Below are positions 45,841 through 55,547 of a stretch of 64,000 nucleotides of DNA, piece after piece (the first letter of the stretch is position 1; each line of letters begins with the position of its first letter). Both the position numbers and the translations under genes were made by a program. A model generated the notes under the pieces. It had not been told where the DNA came from. It searched no databases and saw only the letters and a program-made list of their open reading frames with translations. The DNA lies in NCBI GenBank assembly GCA_030753015.1, contig JASMDC010000013.1, forward strand, positions 1-64,000, written 5' to 3'. This DNA is from Candidatus Undinarchaeales archaeon (GTDB taxonomy: Archaea > SpSt-1190 > JASMDC01).

Positions 45841-47376
45841 ATGGCGCGTCTAGACCCCCGGATCCTGCACCAATTACGCATAACGGGATCTATCTTCGTG
45901 AACAATGTGGAGAACAGGAACGAAGCCCGACTGCTCGTGATCAGGCATGTCCATGAGCATCCGGGGATAACCGTTGACGACCTGTACACCGCCCTGAAGC
46001 GTGAGCTCCACCCCCTCTGGGTGCGCTCGCCCAAGGACCTGGAGACCCATGTGCTCCGACGACTGTCCCAGCACGTGATCGAGATCGTCGACGCCTCAGG
46101 GACGCGGAAGGAACGCGATCCAGAGATCGGAGAGGTGTTGCGTATCAGGGGGAACGACCACCTGAGCATCGAGCCCGAATTCACTGCAACCCTCCGGCCC
46201 GAGGAGCGCCCTGCCGATCCATCACGGGCCGCGACCTCCCTGCAGGCCTTGCAGGCAGCCACGCTCGAGGCAGAGGGGCGCCTCTCGTTCTGTGATGGGC
46301 TCTTGACCCTCCTCGAGCTCGACCTGTACCATTATAGCAAGTCGTTCCACATCCGGTACGAGGACATGCGACCGCTCTTGGATAAGCTACGATCGGCAGG
46401 TTCCCTGGCGGACCCCGACCTCGGCCTGGAAGGATTCAGCGAGATCATGCGCCCCGAATCGGAGGCGCGGTTCCTGAGAGCCTGCGCCGAGGGGGTCCAT
46501 TACCTCAACCATACCCTCAAGGTCGAACGTCGATTGACCGTTGAGGAGCGGTCCCATGTCGAGGAGGAAGCGCGGGCCATCGCCGAGATGGCGGGCGAGG
46601 CCTTCACTGCCCTGAACGCACACCTCGAGGATAATCTCCAGCTGCGGTTGCGCACGTTCTCTAGATGCGAGTGCGTGCTCGCGCTCTCAGCATATACCGC
46701 GACACTTGCTCATATGGGCGAGGAGAAGGAGAGGATCGAGACGGCGAACCAGCTCCTCAGGCGCCTGGCCGACATGCTCGTCCTCGACGTGAAGGGGAAG
46801 ACCTTTCACTACATAGATACTATCGAGCGGAAGGAGACGCTCGTGAACGACCGGGCACCGTACCTCATGGCACTCGCCACCATCGCGCTCTCGGCCTCCG
46901 TCCCCGCCTTCCATCGGGACGGTGATGAGGGACGGGTGTTCGAATGCGAGCGCACTGTCACCAAAGCACTCCATGAGCTCGCGGCCATCGGGACCGACGA
47001 ACTCGAGGGGATGAGCGATGACGAGGCCGCTGCCGAGCGGTTCGGTTTCGGCTACGGGAAGGTAATGGTCCCCCATCCCGGTCTCGCGCTCGTCCTGGCC
47101 GCCGTAAGCGGTGCCATGACGGACCCGCCCCCGGGGGCGGATAGGGAGAGCGATCCTGAGCTCATCGAGGCGTTGGAAGAGCTCCAGCTCGTAGGGTACC
47201 CCCTGCTCCTCGACCTACGAGGGGAGGACGGCATGTGGGAGGACAAGAACGGGGCGGCCGTGGTACCATTCACCGCGATGGCGATGCGTGCGCTCACTCT
47301 CCGTTCCGATCTCCTCGATGCCAGAGAGGTGGCCACTGCCATCAGCAGCTCGGTGGAGACTAACGAGGAGAACTAA
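45841..47376 (+). CDS. Hypothetical protein, possible N-terminal winged helix
   Basis: 511-aa ORF; LLVIRHVHEHPGITVDDLYTALKRE resembles a wHTH start. Confidence 0.65.
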   Translation: MARLDPRILHQLRITGSIFVNNVENRNEARLLVIRHVHEHPGITVDDLYTALKRELHPLWVRSPKDLETHVLRRLSQHVIEIVDASGTRKERDPEIGEVLRIRGNDHLSIEPEFTATLRPEERPADPSRAATSLQALQAATLEAEGRLSFCDGLLTLLELDLYHYSKSFHIRYEDMRPLLDKLRSAGSLADPDLGLEGFSEIMRPESEARFLRACAEGVHYLNHTLKVERRLTVEERSHVEEEARAIAEMAGEAFTALNAHLEDNLQLRLRTFSRCECVLALSAYTATLAHMGEEKERIETANQLLRRLADMLVLDVKGKTFHYIDTIERKETLVNDRAPYLMALATIALSASVPAFHRDGDEGRVFECERTVTKALHELAAIGTDELEGMSDDEAAAERFGFGYGKVMVPHPGLALVLAAVSGAMTDPPPGADRESDPELIEALEELQLVGYPLLLDLRGEDGMWEDKNGAAVVPFTAMAMRALTLRSDLLDAREVATAISSSVETNEEN

Positions 47377-47381
47377 AGGAC

Positions 47382-48488
47382 CTATACCTCGAACCTGTTC
47401 GCATCGATCTCCTGCCCGAGCTCGAGCAGGGCACCACCACAACCGATGGCGTCCCACCGAGGCCCGGCGACATACTCCCGTGCGAACGGATCACGGTAGG
47501 TCCGCAGGTTCATGATCGGATTCTCCATCATCCGCAACTGCCCGGGATTGACCACGGGAGTGCCCTCGAGATAGGTCACACCGACGCACGAGTGGACGTG
47601 TCCGCAGCCGACCACGGCCGTCGCCGAACGCTGCGCGAACTTGGCCACCATCTTCGAGCCCACGAAGAACACCTTGAACTTTTCCTCGTCCTCGGTATCA
47701 CTGAGGATACCGATATCGGCACCGGAGTGGTAAGGCGGGATATGCGAGAGCAGGATTATACGCCGCCCTTCCGCTTTACGGTAGGCACGAAGAAGAAGTC
47801 GGCCGTACTCCTCCTCGGAATACTCCAGGCGAGGGGCGTTCTGGGTCAGGACCTGCGTGTGGAATGTATTGAGGTAGTAGGATTCCCAGGGGATGAGCGA
47901 AGTGGGGAGCCCCGCGGGTACCAGTTCCACTACACGCCCGAGCCCAACGACTGCCAGGTCGTTGCTGAGGGGGACGGCCCGTCCATGAGCATGGACGATG
48001 TTCGGATGGTCCTCGCCCACCTCCTCGACCATACGCTCGGCATTGAAGTAGTCCTGCTCACCCAGCACGATGACCACTGGCTGCTTCCTGATGGTCGTGA
48101 GGACGTCAAGAACGTCCCGGAGGCTCCGGCGTGTGAAATCCTTGAAGTCCGGGTCGTTCCGCCCACGCTCGATGAGTCCCTCGACCCATATGACGCGTTC
48201 CGTTTCCACAGGACGCTCCCCCTTCACGTCCTTCACGTACTCCTCGAACCGCAGGTGTTCGTCCTGCGTCACCTTAAAGGGGAAGTAACCTCGCTCCCTG
48301 AGCGTGTCGCGCTCCTTCTCAGTGGCGTCCGGGGCCACGGGCCAGACGGCACGGGAGCCGACGTCCCCGGCCACAAGGAAGGCGTCCGCCTTGCGCGATA
48401 GATGGAACCGCACGGCTCTGCGCGTGTTCTCCACGTCACCATGGATGTCGGCGACAAGCACCGCCCGGTATCTATGCGTCTTCGACAT
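47382..48488 (-). CDS. Calcineurin-like metallophosphoesterase (Icc-type)
   Basis: ADIHGD, AGD, GEQD (for GNHD), SHIPP, GHVH, VNPG. Confidence 0.85.
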   Translation of the reverse strand: MSKTHRYRAVLVADIHGDVENTRRAVRFHLSRKADAFLVAGDVGSRAVWPVAPDATEKERDTLRERGYFPFKVTQDEHLRFEEYVKDVKGERPVETERVIWVEGLIERGRNDPDFKDFTRRSLRDVLDVLTTIRKQPVVIVLGEQDYFNAERMVEEVGEDHPNIVHAHGRAVPLSNDLAVVGLGRVVELVPAGLPTSLIPWESYYLNTFHTQVLTQNAPRLEYSEEEYGRLLLRAYRKAEGRRIILLSHIPPYHSGADIGILSDTEDEEKFKVFFVGSKMVAKFAQRSATAVVGCGHVHSCVGVTYLEGTPVVNPGQLRMMENPIMNLRTYRDPFAREYVAGPRWDAIGCGGALLELGQEIDANRFEV

Positions 48489-49602
48489 GCTCGGTCACGA
48501 TGATGGGGGAAGCGCGGACATCCCGCCCCTCTACCTCTGCGATTGCGGCCATTCCACCCATGGGTTCCCAGATGGCTACGGGGACGTATGACGTAGCAAT
48601 CTCGTCCACCACGTTGCGTACGTTGTACAGAGGGCGCTCGAGGCCGGCGAGCTGCCCCGTGTTGACGACCAGCGTCTCACCGATGCGCGTGAGTCCCGTG
48701 CAGGCGCGGATGTGGCCGGTATTAACGAGGAGGGTTTCGTCACGCATGGCGTACGTACGCACGGCGGACGATCCCGTAGGATGCACCTGTCCCTCTTTTG
48801 AAACCACAAGATCGGCCCCCGATGCGAAGGGCGGCGTGTGGCTGAGGAGCAGGACTGGACGTCCTTTTGCCTTCTTGTAGCCCAGCCCGAGGAGCCGACC
48901 GGCCTCTCCCTCCGCGATCTCGTTATGCCCCACGGATTTGTGGACCTTTGGCCTTGAGCGCTCGTGTCCGGCGAAGAACGAAGCGGGGCTCTTGGTGAAG
49001 AGGGTCTCCACCACCTCGGAGCTGTCGGTGGCCACGACCCGGCCGAGGCCAACGACGGCAAGGTCGCCGAGGTCAGCACAATCCCCATGGATGAGCTTGA
49101 AAAGGGGCGTTCGCTCCCCAGTGGCCTCCATCAGGTCAGAGGCGCAATCGATGTCCCCGGAGCCGGGCACTATCAGGCAGGGGAGGTCGTTGTCGGCACA
49201 GAAGGTCTCGATCGTCTCGAGCACGGTGCTGAGCGATCGCTTACCGAAGTCTGATCCTTCGAGTTTGGTAGCACCCTCCTTGAACAAGCGGTCAAGGGAG
49301 TCCATGTCCTCTGCAGTGGCCTTCATGTCAAGGAAATCGTTGAACCGTCGAGCGAAACCGTCGAAGGTGGCGGCGTCCACAGAAAACGGCATGACCCCTC
49401 GTTGCTCGAGGAAAGCGCGGTCGCGATCGTCAGCTTCTGGATGGACGGGCCATGCTCGGTCGCCACCGAGGTCGCCGCTGACAAGCAGGCCGTCCACTCC
49501 AGTCTTCCTGCCCTCCTCGAGGACGTGTGAAAGGAAGAGACTGTCCCCGTGGACATTCGAGAGAAAAAGCAGCCGCGTCATAGTGTTCAGTACCGTTATC
49601 AT
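48472..49602 (-). CDS. Metallophosphoesterase paralog with degenerate metal ligands
   Basis: SNVHGD, SGD, GSGD, SHTPP, GHIR, VNTG; probable start ATG 49581. Confidence 0.8.
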   Translation of the reverse strand: MITVLNTMTRLLFLSNVHGDSLFLSHVLEEGRKTGVDGLLVSGDLGGDRAWPVHPEADDRDRAFLEQRGVMPFSVDAATFDGFARRFNDFLDMKATAEDMDSLDRLFKEGATKLEGSDFGKRSLSTVLETIETFCADNDLPCLIVPGSGDIDCASDLMEATGERTPLFKLIHGDCADLGDLAVVGLGRVVATDSSEVVETLFTKSPASFFAGHERSRPKVHKSVGHNEIAEGEAGRLLGLGYKKAKGRPVLLLSHTPPFASGADLVVSKEGQVHPTGSSAVRTYAMRDETLLVNTGHIRACTGLTRIGETLVVNTGQLAGLERPLYNVRNVVDEIATSYVPVAIWEPMGGMAAIAEVEGRDVRASPIIVTEHVEDA

Positions 49603-49646
49603 AGGAAAACTATAAAAACTTCCAACGGTGCTCCTTTCGTAAGGAA

Positions 49647-49868
49647 ATGGGACACGAAGAATTCATGTATATGAACTACCTCTTTGGCCTCGGACTTTTG
49701 GCCATCTTCATCTCGGTAGTCGTGAATTACTTCTCCACACCTATTTCGCTGCTCGTGGCCGCAATCCTTATACTCCTCATCTTCAAGGAGGTCATTACGC
49801 CGGAGTTCCCCGAGATCGACAAGTGGGATGCCGAGTCCGATCTCTACGAGGACTACCACAACTACTGA
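49647..49868 (+). CDS. Small 2-TM membrane protein
   Basis: Hydrophobic hairpin plus acidic tail; TATA-like box at ~49610. Confidence 0.65.
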   Translation: MGHEEFMYMNYLFGLGLLAIFISVVVNYFSTPISLLVAAILILLIFKEVITPEFPEIDKWDAESDLYEDYHNY

Positions 49869-49878
49869 GGTCTTCGCC

Positions 49879-50346
49879 GTGAACGACGACGATCCGCTTA
49901 CAAGCTTACTAAGCCCGCTCTTCGAAGAGCCTGCTGAGCGAGAGGAACCAGTGATCGGCCCCATTCGCGATGACTTCGGGCCGGTCCTGCCTTCCGTCAT
50001 GGATGAGCCGACGTCCGCTCCCACGGACACGTGGATGTGGCCCATGCAGGACCCTCACCCCGAGGATATCGACCGTGAAGCGGACCTTCGCTCTCGTCTG
50101 GAGTTCATCCGCAAGGAGCTCCCCCCCGCCCAACGTCGGGAATGGATGCTGCGCCTGCTCAACCAGTTCTCCGACCTCTCCGAGGACAACGCCCTGTTCG
50201 GTGAGCTTAACAACTACATGCGCCTCACTCAGGAGGAGGAGCATGCCGCCGGCGAGTTCTGGGAACGTACACCGCAGGCCTGGGACCATCCCCACGGTGG
50301 TGACTACGAGGACAACAACACTCGTGACACATACAGGCTAGTGTGA
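49879..50346 (+). CDS. Hypothetical acidic protein
   Basis: GTG at 49879 after GAGGT; in frame with ORF-track 49828-50346. Confidence 0.55.
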   Translation: MNDDDPLTSLLSPLFEEPAEREEPVIGPIRDDFGPVLPSVMDEPTSAPTDTWMWPMQDPHPEDIDREADLRSRLEFIRKELPPAQRREWMLRLLNQFSDLSEDNALFGELNNYMRLTQEEEHAAGEFWERTPQAWDHPHGGDYEDNNTRDTYRLV

Positions 50347-50380
50347 ACCTTTTTATCCAGTGAGGGGTCAATAGGAACCT

Positions 50381-50956
50381 ATGCGGCCTCAACTGGAGGA
50401 TGCTGACAAGGGCATGACAGGGCTCTTCGTCTATCCCGTTGTGCTACTGGCCGTGTTCTATCCTTTTCGGTTCACCCTTTCCATCGACGACATCGGCGTG
50501 GTCATCAATTCCACCCTCATGATAACTGCCATCCGCCTCGCTCCCCTTGGCCTCTACCTCTTCTTCTGCGAGATGCGCGTGTTCTTCGCCTTCCGCGCCG
50601 CCATGGACGATGGCCAGCGCACTCTTTCGATCCTGTTCGGTGCATTCTTGCTCCTCTCATGGATCCCCGTCATGTACGGCGCCCAGAGCCAGATTACCCT
50701 CAAGGTCGTTGAACCTGTTGCAGGTGAGGAGCCTCTGATCCAGGCATTGTTCGAGACATTCGCCTCCATAGCCACGGTCATGGCCGAGGGCACTATCCCT
50801 GCTTTCGCTTTCCTGGGCTTCGCGGCCTTGGTCAACGCCTTTACATCGATGATCGACCGCGACTCGGATCCCTATTACCAGATGTACCAGCTTTCTGAGC
50901 AAGAACGCAAGAGGCGGGACCGTCACCATGACGCTCGCATGGAGATTCACCTTTGA
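50381..50956 (+). CDS. Membrane protein (about 4 TM)
   Basis: Multiple hydrophobic segments; TTTTTAT box upstream. Confidence 0.7.
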   Translation: MRPQLEDADKGMTGLFVYPVVLLAVFYPFRFTLSIDDIGVVINSTLMITAIRLAPLGLYLFFCEMRVFFAFRAAMDDGQRTLSILFGAFLLLSWIPVMYGAQSQITLKVVEPVAGEEPLIQALFETFASIATVMAEGTIPAFAFLGFAALVNAFTSMIDRDSDPYYQMYQLSEQERKRRDRHHDARMEIHL

Positions 50957-51011
50957 AGGATCTGCCCCCGCTCGGGAAGAGTTTTTATTTCTAATCATCT
51001 AGTCACGGTCC

Positions 51012-51203
51012 ATGACCATCATCGAGAGCCCCATGAAGGACTTCGTGGTGCACATCTGTGCCAACTGCAGCGAGAAGGACGAGTGTGCGAAGTCGGAGAA
51101 GGACATGCTTACATGCTCCGACATCCTCGCCGCGCGCTCCCTGAGCTTCATCTCCAACTACCTCGCTGCCCAGATGCAGTTCTGCGCCGAGCAGTACAAA
51201 TAA
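51012..51203 (+). CDS. Small Cys-motif (putative metal-binding) protein
   Basis: C-x2-C-x5-C-x9-C (ICANCSEKDEC...TC); high-GC3 codon use; TATA-like box upstream. Confidence 0.65.
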   Translation: MTIIESPMKDFVVHICANCSEKDECAKSEKDMLTCSDILAARSLSFISNYLAAQMQFCAEQYK

Positions 51204-51218
51204 ACAGATCGGTCCCCC

Positions 51219-51830
51219 ATGGGACGCTCCGCGGGTCCGCCGTCGCGTCCCGGTCGACGGCGGTCCTCCCGAGCCCTCCGTTTCTCGTTATTCCACACGT
51301 TCCTCAATCTCGGCTGGCGTCATCATCTCAAGCTCCGCCAGCTTGTCGACCTCGCTGGTTGTGATGTACTTGACCTCGGTGGGGGCGGGATCCCGCTCCA
51401 GGGGTTCTACGCTGGAGGTGCCAATCGTTACGTTGTCGGTGACATAGATGGTACGTCCCTCGGCCTCGGACGGTCCCTTTCACGGTTCTTGCGCATCCCT
51501 ATCGAATACCGTCGTCTCGACGCCCGCTCCCTTCCCGATGAACGTTACGATGTCGTCGTGTCCACGAACCTCGATCTCCATCCACGGAAGTACTTCGAAG
51601 AGGTAGACCGCATCCTTTCCCCCGGAGGACGGTTCTACTGGAGCTACACCGAGTTCGAAGGCATCAGTCCATGGTATCTGGATGCCGAGGCACGGATGCG
51701 CAAGTTCGGATTCTCCACCCATGTAGTCTCATCCTCCTGGTACCCGTTCTCCACGATGCGTGCGGGTCGCCACGGGGGCCGTCACATGGTCGTCATCGGC
51801 CGCAAGGAAGAGAATAAGAGAAACCTTTAA
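51219..51830 (+). CDS. Class I SAM-dependent methyltransferase-like protein
   Basis: VLDLGGG, VGDID, YDVVV, EVDRILSPGG. Confidence 0.75.
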   Translation: MGRSAGPPSRPGRRRSSRALRFSLFHTFLNLGWRHHLKLRQLVDLAGCDVLDLGGGGIPLQGFYAGGANRYVVGDIDGTSLGLGRSLSRFLRIPIEYRRLDARSLPDERYDVVVSTNLDLHPRKYFEEVDRILSPGGRFYWSYTEFEGISPWYLDAEARMRKFGFSTHVVSSSWYPFSTMRAGRHGGRHMVVIGRKEENKRNL

Positions 51831-51858
51831 ATAGTTGTTACTACTAATAAGTAGTGGC

Positions 51859-52638
51859 ATGCTGCCTTCTTCAACCCTTGAGTACGCGGTACGCGATTTC
51901 TCCGGTGGTAAGGCTAACATCACCGGGACCTACCGCGTTGACGAGGGCAATATCAATGCGGCCTACCGTATCGATGTAGATGAGAAGGGGCTTCTTTTTT
52001 CGTCCTCCGGTTCGTATTACGCGAAAGAGGGGGACATGCGCGGGGAGATCGTGGGCTCCAAGCTCGCGGAATGCGCCGGGCTCTCCACATATCGCATCAA
52101 GCAGTACAAGGGCTTCGGCCTCATGGAATCGGCGCCAGGGAACATGGTAATCAAGTCCCGTAACGCGATCGACAAGGACCCCAAGCGCTTCGCCTACGAG
52201 ATCGGTAAGTTATGCGCCTATGACTTCGTGTTCGGCGTAGGGGACGGTCACGCCAAGAACGTGTTCTACGACGGCAAGAAGGCAACACGGATCGACATGG
52301 AGTCCGTTCTAATGACGGACATGGTGGACACCCGATACGTTGCCAGGGACTTCCTCGACAACCTCACGGGCTACCACACCAAGGCCGAGACGCTCAAGCC
52401 GCAACTGCGCAAGGGCTTCGACGACGCCTACAAGTCCATCCGCTCGAACAAGAGAGAGGCCCTCGGGACCGTGAACCGGGCCATCCGCGCAGGTATCGAG
52501 GTGGGCGACGGCTATGGGAAGAAACCAGTGGACCCGAGTGTCACCAGTGAGGTGTCCCGACGCATCGATCTGAACACCGATCGCCTCTTTGACGAGATCT
52601 TCGACCAGTACCGGATTCTGGCGGAGAGGAGACAGTGA
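51859..52638 (+). CDS. PI3/4-kinase- or HipA/CtkA-like atypical kinase
   Basis: YYAKE, EIVGSKLA, DFVFGVGDGHAKN catalytic loop, RIDME; start re-assigned to ATG 51859. Confidence 0.65.
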   Translation: MLPSSTLEYAVRDFSGGKANITGTYRVDEGNINAAYRIDVDEKGLLFSSSGSYYAKEGDMRGEIVGSKLAECAGLSTYRIKQYKGFGLMESAPGNMVIKSRNAIDKDPKRFAYEIGKLCAYDFVFGVGDGHAKNVFYDGKKATRIDMESVLMTDMVDTRYVARDFLDNLTGYHTKAETLKPQLRKGFDDAYKSIRSNKREALGTVNRAIRAGIEVGDGYGKKPVDPSVTSEVSRRIDLNTDRLFDEIFDQYRILAERRQ

Positions 52639-52732
52639 TAGAATATACCACCGATGAACTTTGCCCCAGCCGCGAAGGTCAGATTTTTAAAATCCGTCAT
52701 GGTGGGGTGCCCCGCATCCAGGGTGACATGCC

Positions 52733-53938
52733 ATGATCAATCCCACTGAGCGTTCGGCCAACATCGAGTACGCGATCCGAGACGTTCTCATTCCTGCTCT
52801 CAAGCTGGAGGAGCAGGGCCGGACCATCCTCAAGCTCAACATCGGCGATCCCATCGCCTTCGATTTCGAAACGCCTCCGCACATGGTGGAGGCGTACTGC
52901 CGAGCGCTGCGCGACGGCCACAACGGCTACTCTGACTCGCAAGGGTACAAACCACTCATCAGTTCCATCGTGGAGCATGAGCGCAAGAAGTACGGCACTG
53001 AGCTGGATCCGTCCAAGGTGCTCGTCACTGCCGGTATATCTGAAGCACTGGTGTTCCTGTTCGGAGCTCTGCTGGAGCAGGGGGACGAGATCCTCGTTCC
53101 GGGACCGAGCTACCCACCGTACACCACCCTCGTGAAGTTCATGGGTGGCGTAGCCCGCACCTACCGTACAGATGAGAACAACGGCTGGCAGCCCGATATC
53201 GATGACCTGCGGGCCAAGATCACGAACCGTACCAAGGCTATCGCCATCATCAATCCCAACAATCCCACAGGCTCTGCTTACACCCGACAAGTGCTCGCTC
53301 CGATCATCGACCTGGCCGCCGAGCATAAGTTGCCCATCATCAGCGATGAGATATACGATGGGCTGGTGTACGACCTGCCCCACACCTCGCCCCTGGCCCT
53401 CTCCGAGGAAGTACCAATGGTGCTCCTCAACGGCTTCTCGAAAGTGTACATGGTCCCAGGCTGGCGTGTCGGGTACATGGCCTTCAGGGACACCGAGGGA
53501 CGGTTGGACGGCCTGTACGACGGCTGCATCCGCCAGGCCCGTGTGCGCCTGAGCACGAACCACCCGGCCCAGGTCGCATCCCTGGCAGCACTGGAGGGCC
53601 CGCAGGAGCACATCGAGGAGAACCGCCGGAAGCTCATGGAGCGGCGGGACATCATCTCCCGGCGCGTCAACGCCATCGACGGCCTCTCGGTGGCCAGGCC
53701 CGAGGGCGCGTTCTATGCCTTCCCCCGTATCGATATCGAGCGGGGGCCATGGAAGAACGACAAGGCCTTCGTGCTGGACATGCTGGAGACCGCCGGTGTG
53801 CTTTGCGTCCACGGTAGCGGGTTCTGCGAGGATTTCGGCAAGGACCACTTCCGTGTCGTGTTCCTGGCACCACCTGCCGAGCTGGAAAGGGCCTGTGATG
53901 CCATCGAGGACTTCATGGCCACACGGCTGCGGGACTGA
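52733..53938 (+). CDS. Class I/II aminotransferase (alanine aminotransferase-like)
   Basis: IEYAIRD, LKLNIGDP, INPNNPTG, SDEIYD, NGFSKVYMVPGWRVG. Confidence 0.93.
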   Translation: MINPTERSANIEYAIRDVLIPALKLEEQGRTILKLNIGDPIAFDFETPPHMVEAYCRALRDGHNGYSDSQGYKPLISSIVEHERKKYGTELDPSKVLVTAGISEALVFLFGALLEQGDEILVPGPSYPPYTTLVKFMGGVARTYRTDENNGWQPDIDDLRAKITNRTKAIAIINPNNPTGSAYTRQVLAPIIDLAAEHKLPIISDEIYDGLVYDLPHTSPLALSEEVPMVLLNGFSKVYMVPGWRVGYMAFRDTEGRLDGLYDGCIRQARVRLSTNHPAQVASLAALEGPQEHIEENRRKLMERRDIISRRVNAIDGLSVARPEGAFYAFPRIDIERGPWKNDKAFVLDMLETAGVLCVHGSGFCEDFGKDHFRVVFLAPPAELERACDAIEDFMATRLRD

Positions 53939-53941
53939 GGC

Positions 53942-54460
53942 TCACGGCTCCTTCTTCTCCACAGGGGCGGGAGCGAACCGGAAGGACTCGACCCAAGGTT
54001 CCTCGACCAGGCCCTTGGTATCCACTGCCGCAATGAAGAACTGTATCTTTCGGGTGGTCTTGTCCCCGGCAAAAGGCTGGCCGCCCGTGGCGTTGATAGC
54101 GTCCACGACCTGATCGAAGGTCATCTCCTCCGAGTGAACGAGGGTGACCATGACCTTCGTGCCGGGATTCTTGGCCATGTACTCCTTCATCCCCTCACGG
54201 CCGTAGGGCCCCTCGTCCGTCATGACGTTGTAACCGAAGTAGGCCGCCACGACGAGCACGAGGAGGATACCTATGACCTTGGGCGATATGCTGATGCCCC
54301 TCCCGGTCGCGGCGGGCGCTACCGGGGTCTGGCCGTAGTCCATCTGGGGCTGGCCGTAGTCCATACGCTGCTGTACCATACCGTATCCGCGGCTGCCGTA
54401 GTAGGAGCCGTATCCCTGGCCCTGGTACGCGCCTCCGGCCTGCTGAGGGTACGGGCCCAC
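53942..54460 (-). CDS. Single-TM protein with G/Y/Q-rich low-complexity N-terminus
   Basis: YQGQGYGSYYG...MDYGQ x2, then VIGILLVLVVAAYFGY. Confidence 0.65.
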   Translation of the reverse strand: MGPYPQQAGGAYQGQGYGSYYGSRGYGMVQQRMDYGQPQMDYGQTPVAPAATGRGISISPKVIGILLVLVVAAYFGYNVMTDEGPYGREGMKEYMAKNPGTKVMVTLVHSEEMTFDQVVDAINATGGQPFAGDKTTRKIQFFIAAVDTKGLVEEPWVESFRFAPAPVEKKEP

Positions 54461-54472
54461 GGTAAGTGTCCC

Positions 54473-54979
54473 CTATTCCTTCTCCTCGAGGATCCGGATG
54501 CGCTCCACACCGTCGACGCGCTTGATGAGGTCGGCGACCTCGGGCGGGACGAGCGACTCCCAGTCCTCACCGGTCACGATGCGCCGCCGGATCTCCGTAC
54601 CGGAGAGCGCCTCCCGCTCGTACAGCGGTGAGTGGCGCACGTCGAACCCTGCCTCAGAGAACAGACGCCGGACCAGTGGGTTGTTGGAGAACACGACATC
54701 GATGGGCGGGCACATGGACTCTACATGGCGCACCCAGATAGCGTTGCGGTTGACGTCGATGATGGGCACGAAGAAGAACACGCCCTTGCCCGACTGCTTC
54801 ATCACCTTGGATAGCATCCACACGCGCTCGCCCGCAGTGAACGGATTATTATGAGTGTGCGATGTCTGGGCGGAGCCTATACCGACGACCACGTCATCGA
54901 ACTTCGCAGCTATGTCGCTGAGCACCCTGACATGGCCCTTGTGGGGCGGTTGATAGCGCCCTATCACGAGTGCGCGCAT
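54473..54979 (-). CDS. nadM: Nicotinamide-nucleotide adenylyltransferase (archaeal NMNAT)
   Basis: MRALVIGRYQPPHKGH, GSAQTSHT.NPFTAGER, SGTEIR, WESLVP; start re-assigned to ATG 54979. Confidence 0.93.
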   Translation of the reverse strand: MRALVIGRYQPPHKGHVRVLSDIAAKFDDVVVGIGSAQTSHTHNNPFTAGERVWMLSKVMKQSGKGVFFFVPIIDVNRNAIWVRHVESMCPPIDVVFSNNPLVRRLFSEAGFDVRHSPLYEREALSGTEIRRRIVTGEDWESLVPPEVADLIKRVDGVERIRILEEKE

Positions 54980-55031
54980 CCCGGGAAGAACGCGAGATGC
55001 ACTTATAACTCTTATGCAGGATTCGATGGGC

Positions 55032-55547
55032 ATGAAGCTTCCCATCTGTGCGTTCTGCGCAAACTCGTCCGCCCTCTGCGCCGTTGACGAGCCGCGTCTG
55101 GAGGCAGGGGAGATCGACCAGGCCGACATCATAATCTCACGCGCCATCGCCCGCATCGGCCGCCGGTCCCGCGCCCTCCAGGAATCCGAGATCGTCCGGG
55201 GGTTCGACCTGGGTGACCGATTAGTAATCATCACCCGGGAGGAGGACGTAGGCCGCATCATCGGGAAGAAGGGCACTCGCGTCAAGCGTCTCACCGACAC
55301 GCTGGGCAAGCGCGTCGTCGTCGTGGGCCAGCGGGACGACGTGCGGGGCATCGTGGACCGGATCATCTACCCGGGACGCCTGCGCGCCATCTCCAACGTC
55401 TACACCGACACGGGCTCCAAGCGCCTCGTCGAGGTGAACCGGGCTGGCGAGATCGACCTCGATCGGTTCGTAGCCATGCTCGCCTTTCTCTTCGGTGGTG
55501 AGTTCGAGGTCCGTGTCCTGGACAAAAAGAAGCGGGACGACGAATGA
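55032..55547 (+). CDS. Archaeal NusA-like KH-domain protein
   Basis: MKLPICAFCANSSALC N-terminus; GRIIGKKG KH motif; adjacent to ABCE1. Confidence 0.8.
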   Translation: MKLPICAFCANSSALCAVDEPRLEAGEIDQADIIISRAIARIGRRSRALQESEIVRGFDLGDRLVIITREEDVGRIIGKKGTRVKRLTDTLGKRVVVVGQRDDVRGIVDRIIYPGRLRAISNVYTDTGSKRLVEVNRAGEIDLDRFVAMLAFLFGGEFEVRVLDKKKRDDE

